From the NCBI RefSeq assembly GCF_018977255.1, contig NW_024704742.1:12216001-12280000 (forward strand): DNA of 64,000 nt, given 5' to 3'. The position numbers and the translations under genes are program-made. Within the stretch, counting starts at the first letter, position 1, and the number at the start of each line of letters is the position of its first letter. The stretch is from Callorhinchus milii. Its lineage: Eukaryota. Under the pieces are notes generated by a model that was not told the origin of the DNA, searched no databases, and was given only the letters and a program-made list of their open reading frames with translations. This document shows positions 38,916 to 50,700 of the stretch, one piece after another.

Positions 38916-39150
38916 ATCACCAAACTACGGACTCCCAAGGTTTTGAACACCATGCTCAACAACAGAAGGATTGAAAATGCAAGTGATTCACTTGAGCAAT
39001 TGTTTGGTTCTCTGGCTATATTATTCTGTGGCAATGTGAATATTTCAGGAAATGGACAAAGCGAAAGCTCAAATGAAGGAACAAATTCTGAAAAGACCAC
39101 ATCACCAAGTATCAAACCGGCTGAGATGCTTCCTTCTGACAACAGCACTT
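38916..39150 (+). CDS. ABCA-like coding exon 6 (ITKLRTPK...LFGSLAILFCGN...PSDNST)
   Basis: ttttccag acceptor, gtaagt donor. 235 nt, phase 0 to 1. LFCG and terminal DNST match the ABCA1 exon 9 / ABCA4 exon 8 pattern. Confidence 0.87.
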
Positions 39151-41559
39151 GTAAGTACACATGGCAGTTTTTTTGCACTATTCATAAAGATGCACAAAAA
39201 TTGCAATGTTCATTTCATTTTGGTACTCTAACACATTTATACCTGAGCTTAAGCACAAACTATTTACCTGTGTTTACCATGTGCATCAAGAGCATAATTG
39301 GTTTATGTAGTGACCTATCATCATTTGCACCAAGTGATCTGGGACGTTACCCTACATGAGGGGGCTACATAAATGCTGTTTTTTGTTGATCTTGGACAGC
39401 AGAATCAGAATGCTCAGAAATCCTTCACAATCATTTGCAAAAATAGCTAAACTTGTGTAAGAATCTCTACGTCTATGACAATCCAGGATTCAAAATATTC
39501 AGGTAAATCAATCCAAACTTATTTTAAAGTAATACTGGAGTGAGTTGTAAGTTTTGAAACATGGTTTATGGCCCATAGTGAAACTGCTATACATATAGCA
39601 AAAATGTCACAATATGGTGTTTAACAGCAAATGATCAGTTTTATTTAAATTTTCATCACTCATTAGCACTACCCACTTCTGATACAGTCATGTACTCAGG
39701 TTAATCAATCATTTGGCTTGGTGCCAGCCTGACTGAGTCTCCACGAGTTCTTCCCTTTTTCCTGTCTAAGATAGGATCAGTTTAGGGCTGTATCTGGTGC
39801 TTGTTATTTTGTTATGTGAGATCATTAGTACATTCCTTTTAAGTGACTGGTTATTTCTTATCAGTATCCCGGAATGGTACCAAGGTCCTCTAGTTTAAGC
39901 AACTTGCCCATTAGTTGCTATTCTTGAGGGTTGCCTTCTGTCGGTTGGCAGGCCCTGTCAGAATCTAGCGACTTATTGCTAAGTCGAGATCCTGTGTCGA
40001 CCGGTACCTTGGACCGTTACTTCTGTGGGCTTGTTGTCATTTACTGATAAGAGGTGACCCCCTGCCCTTTTCCAAAGCTGTCCTGCTATTCTTTCAAAAA
40101 CAGAGAAAACCAGATGTGTCCTATCCCATGACTGTCAGTACTTTCTCCATTCTACATTTGTTTAATGTTCATTATTATTAGACTACAACTTCTATAATCT
40201 AACAGTCAGTTATGGGTTGAAGCCAGTGCTAGGAGAGTGCCGTATTGTCAGAGATGGGAACATCTTTTTACAGTTGTGATTCAAACAATTTTCCCGTATA
40301 ATTAGAGGATATCAGTGATGAATTTGTTCTGCCATGCACCCGATTGCAATTAATATCCTAACTCTGTTAATATCACAAATCTACAGCAGTTTCAGAACAA
40401 TTTTGCAAAGCTCAACTGGAAAGGCTGCCCTGGTGACTTTTGTGGTCACATGCAGAGAACTATCCAAAATAGTCAGAGTGGCATATATGTGCCACATACA
40501 CATGGAAATGGACAAAGCGTCCATTTTGTTGTAATTGACTCAATTACAACATTGCATTCCCAAGCACTTCACTTTGGAGCCAAGACAACAGTCACAGTTA
40601 GTCATTTGACATGCAACCCTGCCCTAGTGACTGGGAGGCATAGTAGATTAACATTGATTTTGGGAATGATGATCTGCTTTGCGCAGCTTAAAAACAAGAA
40701 GACAGTGAATGTATAATTTCTTCCATTATTTGTAGCAGCTAGCTGATGCCAATATGTAAATGTTCTTTTTTTGATTGTATGACTTTAGCCCCCTGTATCT
40801 CTTGTATTTTGTTCCTGCTTGGCTCTGGGAATTAGGTGTTTTTGAATTTACTAATTGTGATGGGTGTATGTGTGGGGGTCACTACCGTAACATGCCCGGG
40901 GAGGTTGAAAGGACTCAATTCAATTCATACAGTTTCCAATTTTAATGGCACCTTGAGCTCCTGCAATGAGCTCCTGCTAGCTCAGGGTTTCATCAGGTCT
41001 CACACTTTTGTTTTTTGAAGTTGGGCCAGAAACAAACAATTGTGGCATGTTTTAATCAAAATCACAATGTCAGACACCAGTCTGATGGAACAAAATTTGT
41101 TAGTAGGTCTTGGTGATGTGGGATTTTCCTGGATCTGTCTTGCCTTGAGCAAGTCTTAGAATCATAAAATCCTACAGCACAGAAGTAGGCCATTCGGCCC
41201 ATCGTGCCTTCTGCTGGTTCTTTGAAAGAGATATCCAAATCAATCCCACTCCCCCATTTACTATGAGAGTCTTGTCCAGTTATTAACAAACTCTTATAGT
41301 AAATGGATAATATAATCAGACTTCCTTTTAAGTTATGTTTATCGTCTCTGTTTGGTGATGTTGATGTCAATCAATTCAGTCGTATTGCAATTTCGATGTT
41401 TACATTGGAACAACCATTTTAACTGCTATACTTTTTCGCAATTGTAATAAAAGATGAGGTTAATGAACCTAGATCTTTGCATAAGGAAACACACTGAAAC
41501 TGAAGGCACAGATTAGGCATATAAAGAAACTTTAATGTTCTTTTACTCCTGCTTCTTGC

Positions 41560-43715
41560 TTCTTTAATATTTACATGTTCCCGTTCTGTGATATCATCTG
41601 GAGGTACGAGGTTAACTTCCACATGTAGGCAGATCACACCAAACTCTATCTCTCTGCCTCCAATCTCAACTCCAGGTCCACTGCTGTCCTGACGGATTGT
41701 CCGTCAGACATCAAATCCTGGATGAGAGCTGATTTCCTCCAGTTGAATGTCAACAAGACCGAGGCCTTCCTGCTCGACTCCCGTCAGCGCCTCCTCACCC
41801 CAGGCATTGACAGCATCAATATTCATCGATGCACACTCCACCTCACCAAGTCAGTGTGGAATCTTGGTGTCTTGTTCAACCCTCAACTGTCTTTTAAACC
41901 ATACATCCATGCCATGGCCTGTTCTGGCTTCCCCCACCTCTGCCACTTTCTCTCCCCTCAGACTGCCAAAATCGTCATCCACGCTGTTGTAACTTCCAGG
42001 CTTGACTATTGCCAACTTGCCGGTCTTCCCATCTCTTCTCTCCACAAGTTGCAGATTATTCAGAATCTCAAATTATTCAGTCTGGCAATGTTGCGGAGGT
42101 GGTGGTAAGCAGTGCCGTCATGGCGCAGATGTGGGGGAGAAAGGACAGTTCAGAGTCAAAAAAGACATCCGGGTTCCTGACTGTCTTAGTAAGGTTGAGT
42201 GTGCAGCTGTGGAGGCTGATGCTGCCAGCGCCTGAGGTGTCATCCGCAAACATGTGGAAATTTACCACATGTATTTTAAAATGTGGAAATGATGTCACCA
42301 AGGGGGAGCATGTAGAGGATGAAGAGGAGGGGACCAAGGACAGAGCCCTGAGGAACACCGCATGAGACAGTGCGGGGGCTGGAGGAGAAGCCGTTTTCCG
42401 CAACAAAGTGGAGGCGGTGTGAAAGGTAGGACCTGAGCCAGTCAAGGACAGAACCTTGAAGGTTGAGGTGGGAGGAGAGGCGGTGGAGAAGGATCGAGTG
42501 GTCCATGGTGTCAAACGTGGCGGAGAGGTCGAGGAGGACGAGAAGGCAGAGGGAGCCCTGGTCACACATGGTCAGGATGTCGCTTGTGACCTTGACCAGA
42601 GCAGTTCGATCACTGCCTCACCCCTCAGGCTGCCGAAACCCTCACCCACGCATTCGTCACATCAAGGCTTGACTACAGGAACTCACTCCTCATCGGCCTT
42701 CCCAACTCTTCCCTTCACAAGCTGCAGATCATCCAAAACTCTGCAGCTCGTGTACTCTCACGCACCAGGCTCCGTGACCCCATGACTCCCACCCTCGCCC
42801 GACTCCACTGGCTCCCTATTCCCCAGTGGATCGAGTTCAAAATCCTCATCCTCACTTTTAAGGCCATCCATGGCCTTGCCCCCTCCTACCTCTCTGACCT
42901 GATGGCTCCCTACCAACCTGCCCACTCCCTCCATTCAGCGGGCTCCGGCCTGCTCCATGTCTCCCCCCGACCCGCCCTACCATCGGTGGCCGGGCTTTCA
43001 GCCTCTCTGCCCCCACACTCTGGAACTCCATCCCATAGTCCCTTCACCTTGTTTCCTCCCTTGCCTCCTTCAAGGCCGGTCTCAAGACCCTTCTCTTCGA
43101 CCGTGTCTTTGGTCTTCCTCCCACCTCTCTGCCTTCCCTCACCCCTAAACCACCCCTCCCCCATGCTCGGGCTCCAACATCTGACTGTTCAGCACCTTGG
43201 GACGTCCTCCCAGTGTGAAAGGCGCTCTATAAATGTAAATTTGTTGTTCTTGTTGTGTCCTCTCCCCCACAAAGCTCCGTGAGCCAATCATCCAGTTTCG
43301 CTGCCTCCTCATACCCCAGAGGAACCTGTTCAAAATCCTTGCCCTCACCTTTAAAGCCCTACGTGATCTTGCACTGCCCTACCTCTGTGACCTCCGAAAA
43401 CCCTCCCAAATGTAGATACTGCAGGTACTGGCCTGCTCCATGTCCGACGCCCTGTCCACTCCACCATTGGAGGTTGGATCTTTAGCTTCTCTGCCCTCAC
43501 CCTCAGGAACTCCATCTCAGAGTCCCTCCTCCTTGCCCTCTCCCTTGCCTGCTTCAAGGCCTGTCTCAATATCTTCCTCTTCGACTGCGTCTTCGTCCAT
43601 CCTCCCATCGTCTCCCCTCTTGACTCTAACTCCCAGCTCGGGTGCAAACCCTTGACTGTTCAGCACCTTGGGACGTCCTCCCAACGCGAAAGGAGCTGTT
43701 TACATGCAATTTGTT
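41560..43715 (+). mobile_element. Older L2 (41560-42070 plus 43255-43715) interrupted by a younger 5'-inverted L2 (42079-43255)
   Basis: Collinearity with other L2 copies in the window, and two separate (TTG) tails. Confidence 0.85.
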
Positions 43716-44411
43716 ACATTATGTTTCCCTGTTTTGTAACTGCACTAGTTCAGGAGCAACAGAATATTTTATTCAAACATTGAATCAAACATTTGGTTAC
43801 ATTTAATCTCTCTTTTTTAAAAGTTTCCAATTTAATAGAGATGAAAATGAAGCTAACTGAATCGTTTTGATGAATACACTTTTACTGTCATAACAGTTCA
43901 AACTCTTGCTGTTTAAGATCTGTCTACAAGAAAAAAAAATCACAATTTTTCTTCCTGTCCATCACAGTTAAACATTGATTTAATAGTTGATTTTTATCCA
44001 CTTTGCTCAAGGTAGACATTTAAATATTATTTTCTCAGAACTCCGCTGCTGCTTATTTCCAGCTACCCACAGAGACTTTCAGCGGTATTGCAGATATTCC
44101 AGGAGTCCACAGCTGTGCGACTGACACTGTAATTACATTTTTAATAGTTTTCCATTCACTTCTCACAGTTTCCCGTTTATTGTTTTTTCTCGACACCTAC
44201 GCACACATTTTAATCCATTTTGCTTACTCCTTCTCCTTCCTTATCATCCATTTCATTATTGTTGTTTATTCTGTTACCCATCATCACACTTTCCAGGACT
44301 TTTTGCACTCATCTGTTTATGTGTATCACTTGGACTCAAAATCTTTGCTTAAATACTATACTCGTTGTTGTCTCTGACCTGTTTTTTATCCCTTTTGTTA
44401 CTATTACATTG

Positions 44412-44529
44412 TACAGGGTGATCAAAAAGTCACGATGACTACCCTATTACCTAAAAAATATATCATAATTTATTTAAGACTTATTAGACATTGTAATGTT
44501 ATCACGTCTTTTCAGTCACCCTACCTGTA
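44412..44529. mobile_element. Putative Tc1/mariner-type MITE
   Basis: TA-CAGGGTGATCAAAAAGTCACGATGAC ... GTTATCACGTCTTTTCAGTCACCCTACCTG-TA: imperfect TIRs with TA flanks. Confidence 0.55.
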
Positions 44530-46011
44530 CATTGCTTGTCTTTGTTTCTTTTTTCTTCCTCTCTGTGAATCTTATAATCTTATAAGAATCTTATTTGGAT
44601 AATAATCCCTCAAAAAAAATAATAAATTGGTCATTTCAATCCACGACTGTTTGTGGGACACTGCTGTGCGCAATTGGCTGCCACGTTTCACCCACAAAAA
44701 TACAGTCAATTCACTATACAATCTGTTCTGTGAAGCGCTTTGAGACGTCAGGAAGACGTGCAAAGCGCTATATCAAATGCAAGGATGATTATTAATATCT
44801 TTCTCATTTGCCTTTCTCCTCCCTGCACATTTCTGCTCTTCCACTCAAGTCGATCATAAACACTCTCGGAGTGCAATGTTTAAGGTGACTACACCTTCCA
44901 ACTAGAAATAGTAATCTCTTTCCTGCTTCCCCTAATTGACAGGTTTCACAAAGTTGCCCTGTTCACACTGAGAAGGGTGCAGTGGCAAGCAGACTGACAG
45001 GCTTCCAGCCATAGCTTCTATTACTAAACATCCCTCCAACTCTACAAAATAATTTCTAAGAATTCATAAACACCTTGTAGAATCCTTTTGTCGGGATAGA
45101 ACTTTCACCTTGGGATGACTTCTCAATGTGAAAGGCGCTGTATAAATGTAAATTTGTATTGTACAGTCACATGCTTTGATGGGTATCAATGCTTTGTCTC
45201 CCTGTTGCTTTTTGTTTTTCATATATTTTTGGTCGGTCAGGTGTTGTGCAGAAACCCATCTTATGGTTAAGAATATTCAAACCAAACAGAGTTCTACATA
45301 TCTATTGCCACCTACACATATAGCACAGAAACAGATCATTTGGTCTGGGCTGGTGCTTATACTCCAGTGAGCCTCTATCCCTCCTATTCATCTATCCAAT
45401 AAGCCTCTATTTTTTATAGAGGGAATGGAATAGACACTCCCTCCCTGGAGGGAAGAAATATGCCAGGTTTCGACCCCGGGACTCTACCCCATGTGAAGGG
45501 TGTGACTTGCATATGAATGCAAATTGTTGTTGTTGACCCAGAGAGTGGATGTTGGGGTATTATTGGAGTTTAACCATCATTAACTGCATGGCTTGCCATT
45601 GAAATAACCATCTAAAAACCTTTCTGGATATACGAGTCTGGATTTTCAGGACCGCTTGTGGTATGCCTCTATTCTGCTGTTCTGGGAGGTCCAAGTCCAA
45701 TGCCACATACCAGGCTTGTGTAACACCAACTGTTTAATACAGCTTCTCAAGTGAGTGACTTTGGCAAGTAGATGTGCCCACTGTGAAGTCACCTCAGCTC
45801 CAGGCTGCTCAGCAAAAGGTAATTGTAGGCCAGAGCTCTTTCTCCCTGTAATTGCGTCTCTGTTCACCACAAATTCACCTCATTGCTTGGTTCCGTACTT
45901 CACAAACAGAGGAAACCACTCTGCTACAAGCCCAGGAGCTTGTAACTATGGAAGACACAAGTCTAGTATGTCAGAAGCTTTGCTATTCCCTGTTACTATA
46001 ATGGGATTCAA

Positions 46012-46345
46012 TAATAGAATCATAGAATTATACAGCACAGAAGGAGGCCATTCGGCCCATCGTGTCTGTGGTGGCTCTTTGAAAAGAGCTTTTCCAATTC
46101 AATCCCACTCCCCCGCTCTCTTCCCATAGTCCTGCAGACTTGTCCTCCCCAAATAATTATCTACTTCTCTCTTGAAAGTTGTTATTGAATCAGCTTCCAC
46201 CATCCAGATGCGAACAATTCGCTGTGTGAAAAAATTTCTCCTCACCTCCCCTCCCTTTCTTTTAACAACTATTTTAAATCGGCGTCCTCAGGTTACTGAC
46301 CCGCCCACCAGTGGAAATAATTTCTCCTTGCTCATCCTATCGATT
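46012..46345 (-). mobile_element. CR1 3' end
   Basis: Collinear with 2220-2560. Short tails also at 3290-3410 and 41158-41260. Confidence 0.8.
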
Positions 46346-47022
46346 TTTCTCATAATTTATGTGCAGACCGGCCTTTCTTATTCTTAGACTATGGAGGAAT
46401 TCAAATTCAGCTGACTGAAGATACTCCATCAGTTTTTTTACAGCTTTACCAACATGTCTTCCCTGCCATTTTTTAAGTTGTTTTTGTGGATGTTAACTCC
46501 AGGTTATCTCTACTCTTCCACTTTTTTTTTCCATTTAGTGCATCATTTCTCTCCCATCTCATAATAGTAGTACAAAACAGAATCACTACACTTTACAGTG
46601 TACCCTGTGAACCACTTTGAGATGTCCTTCTGATGTAAAATTTGCTATCCCAAATGTAAGGTGTATTATTATAATCCTGCCACCTCATATTTAGCGGCTT
46701 TAAATTTCATATGCCATTAACCACCCAATCTACTAAACTGTACTGTATACAGTCAATTCACTTAACACTATATTCTGTGAAACGCTTTGAGACATCTCGA
46801 AGACGTGATAAAGTGCTGTATCAAATGCAAAGATTATTATTATTACCAAACTGTAAAAGACCTTCTGAAGTTTCTTAAACATCTTTTTGCAATTAATCAT
46901 GTTCCTTTTTGCAATTAGCTATTCTTTCCAATTGTGTGTCTGTAATTGTTGACATAGTGACTCCCTATTCTTGAATCTGGATCATTTTTCTATTTAACAC
47001 CATATAAACAATGTTTTGCACA

Positions 47023-47335
47023 TAATAATCCTTGCATTTGATATAGCGCTTTTCACGTCGGGAGGACGTCCCAAAGCGCTTCACAGAACACACTGTAAAG
47101 TGAATTGACTGCATATTTGTGGGCGAACGCGGCAGCCAATTGCGCACAGCAATGTCCCACAAACAGTCGTAGATTGAAAATGACCAATTTATTATTGTTT
47201 TTGGTTTTGGAGGGATTATTATTAGGCTCTGTGTGGAGTAAGGAAACTTGCCCAAGGTTTCGCTCTGCCTGGAATTGAACTCAGGTCTCTCACTTGCAAA
47301 GCGAGTGCTCTAACCACTGAGCTACAGGACTCCAC
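47023..47335 (-). mobile_element. Young full-length tRNA-head SINE
   Basis: Near identity with 58892-59203. Confidence 0.95.
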
Positions 47336-48469
47336 AATTACTCTTATATTGTTATGTTTTTATTTATATGGATTAAAGCTGTCTTGTTAAATTTGGGTTA
47401 GAATTAAATATATTTCTGTATTCTATCACAATTGCCTTCTTATGTAGAGCGATTGGATTTATTAATCTTTAACGTTTGTCATCTTAATCTCTTTACAGTA
47501 ATTTGTTTCTGTTTGATTTGTTTGGCTTAATTTTTCATTCGTTTTTACTATTTAATTTCTCTTTATCCAGAATTTCCAAATGCTATCTGGACTTTGTCTC
47601 CATTTCAAAGATGTGTAAAATGATGATAATAATCCTTGCATTTGATAAAGCGCCTTATCATGTCTTCGAGACGTCTCAGAGTGCTTCACAGAATATACTG
47701 GCGTACAGTGGGATGGAATAAGCATCATTTCAGATTTGCATCATTTCATTGTTTCATCCTTGTGATTGTCATTTCAATTCCACCAGATTCAATGTCATCT
47801 TCGCTTACCTTCGCAGTAAACTGATTTAAAGTTGTGTCCACTTTGATAATAAAACAGTAGATTGCATTTGTATAGCGCCTTTCACATCAGGAGGATGTCC
47901 CAAGGCATTGGGCAGTTAAGGGTTTGCACCTGATGTCAGGGTTGGATTGAAGAGGGGTGAAGGGGGGATGGGGGATGATGGAAGTAGAAAGATGACCGAA
48001 GGCATACTCAAAGAGGAAGGTCTTCAAACGGACATTGAAAGAGGCGAGCGAAAGGAGCCAGACGAGGAATATGTGGGGAGGCACAGCAAAAACAATAAAA
48101 AAATTAATAACCATCTTAAAAAAAATCAGAAAATCTAGCTTTTAAATAATGAATACAAAATATAATACACAAATAAAATACACTTCTACGTTATCATAGA
48201 AGTGAAATGGGGAAATAAACTGAAGATAGATTGAGCAGATTGTGTTTTTTTAAAAAATCATTAATAGACTATTTATCAGATTAGCCATGCAGTAGAAATT
48301 TGACATCCATTAGTAGTAGTATATTTGTAAGCAATTGTTTCATATTGGAGTTTGAGCTGAAATTAGGCCAGCATTTGGGTCAGAGAATTATGCTTTCGGG
48401 TTACCTACTTTGCCTCCAATATGCCACATTGTATTCAGTATTCTCATTCATTAACAAACTGCCAGAAGT

Positions 48470-49390
48470 ACATCTGCACAAACGGCTTCTCCTGCGGGGT
48501 CCCCCAAAGATCCATCCTTGGCCCCCTCCTCTTTCTGATCTATATGCTCCCTCTTGGGGATGTCACCTGCAGACATGGCGTACATTTCCACATGTATGCA
48601 GATGACACCCAACTCTATTTGTCCACCTCTCTTTGCGACCCCCAGTCCCCTGATGTTCTGTCAGTCTGCCTGTCAGATCTCAGGGACTGGATGACCGCAA
48701 ATTTCCTTCAGCTGAATGTTGACAAGACGGAAGCCATACTCTTTGGCTCTTGTCAACGTCTAAAATCTCACGGTTTTCACTTCCTCCACCTACCCGACCT
48801 CCCCCTAAAACTCTCTGAACCCGTACGCAACCTAGGCATCAGATTCGACCCCCAATTATCCTTCCTCCCCCACGTCCGGTCCCTCACCAATACCACTTTC
48901 TTCCACCTCCGACGCATCACCCGTCTCAGCCAATATCTCTCCGAAAGCCGCTGAAACCCTGGTCCATGCCTTTGTCACCTCTTGGCTGGACTATTCTAAC
49001 GCCCTCCTCACCGGCATCCCCTCCACTACCATCCATAAAATCCAGATTATTCAATACTCTGCCGCCCGCATTCTCACCCGCACCAACCTACGCTCCCCAA
49101 TCACCCCCAGTCCTTGCCAGACTGCACTGGCTGCCTATCCCAGAGAGGATCGACTTGAAGATCCTCACCCTTATTTTCAAATCCCTCCACTCCTCTTTAC
49201 CTTCCGACCTCTCTGATCTTTCTCCCTTTTCCTATTTTCAGGTCTCTGTTGAAGACCTTTCTTTCGACCGCACCTTTGGTCACCTTCCTCCCCCTCCCCC
49301 TGGCTCGGCGCTGGGATCCGTTATTGTGAAGCGTTCTAAGATGTCGTCCGGCGTGGAGGGCGCTATATAAATCCAAGTTGTTGTTGTAAC
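48470..49390 (+). mobile_element. L2 LINE of a distinct subfamily, 5'-truncated
   Basis: [20 protein letters not shown] and LHWLPI peptides, with a (TTG)n tail. Confidence 0.92.
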
Positions 49391-49464
49391 TGATCACAAA
49401 CTTTATGCACACTTCTAGTGATGCAAAGTGTTATTAAATGGCTGAAACTTATGTAGTCATACTA

Positions 49465-50208
49465 ATGTAGTCTTGTAGTTCAGTAGAGCACTCGCCTTAC
49501 AAGTGAGACCTGGGTTCAATTCCCAGCAGGGCAAAATCTTGGGCAAGTTTCCTTGCTCCACACGCCCGATAATAATTGCTCAAGAAAAGAAAATAATAAT
49601 AATAATTTGGTCACTCATTCCACGACTGTTTGTGGGACATTGCTGTGCGCAATTGGTGCTGCGTTTCACTCACAAAATATACAATCAATCCACTTACAGT
49701 ATATTTTGTGAAGTTTTTTGTGACGTCTCAAAGATGTGATAAGGCACTGTGTAAAATGCAAGGATTATTATTATTATATTTTTCCAGCACATTGGTTGGT
49801 ACACAGTCAAGTCAATATTTGTGTAAATCCTTCATGTTGTGTGTTTCAGAAACATTGCTCTGGTTATTTGTTTTTTCAAAAAGTAAGGTCCTGATTTGAA
49901 ATCAGGGTACTCCAGTATAGGAGTCGTGTAGCGTAAATGTTAGCACATTCGCCTCACAAGCGAAAGGACACGGGTTCAAGTCCTGGCAGGGCAAAACTTT
50001 AGGCAAGTTTCCTTACTCCACACACCTCTGTTTACTTAGCAATAACTAGGAACCTGGTTGTTAGTTGATTGGCGGGTCACTTTCAGTTTCGCCCACCAAA
50101 TATATGGTCAATTCACTTTACAGTATATTCTGAAAAGCGCTTTGAGATGTCTAGAAGATGTGAAAAGCGCAATATCAAATGCAAGAATTATTATTTTTTA
50201 TTATTATA
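49465..50208 (+). mobile_element. SINE pair (49465-49775, 49918-50208) containing the block duplicated from 37590-38049
   Basis: Family match and shared unique linker. Confidence 0.88.
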
Positions 50209-50340
50209 GTCCTTCCCTGATATCACAGTTTGTGGCATGAAAATCACAATTGATATTTCATTTTGTCTGAATTCTGTTCTGCACCTGAAGGAGATGATAG
50301 AACTGCAAGAATACTGTTTTTAGAAGTAGCTTCTCAACAT

Positions 50341-50700
50341 GTGCGTGTGACAGTGTGTGTGTGTGACAGGAAGAGTGTGTGTGTGACAGGGAGTGTGCAT
50401 GTCGGTGTGGCAGGGAGTGTGTGTGTGCCAGGGAGTGTGTGTGTGTGGCAGGGTGTGTGTGTGTGTGTGTGTGTGAGACAAGGAGTGTGTGTGTGACACA
50501 GGGAGTGTGCACGTGTGCAAGTGTGTGTGTGACCGGGCATGTGTATGTGACCATGTGTATGTGACAAGGTGTTTGTGTGTGTGCATGTGACTGTATGTGT
50601 GTTACCGTGTGTGTGTGACCGGGTGTGTGTATGTGACTGGGTGTATGTGTATGTAACTAGGTGTGTTTGTGTGTGACCGTGTGTGTGTGTGTGTGTGACT
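50341..50700. repeat. GT-rich minisatellite ((GT)n-GACAGGGA-like units)
   Basis: Directly visible. Confidence 0.92.
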
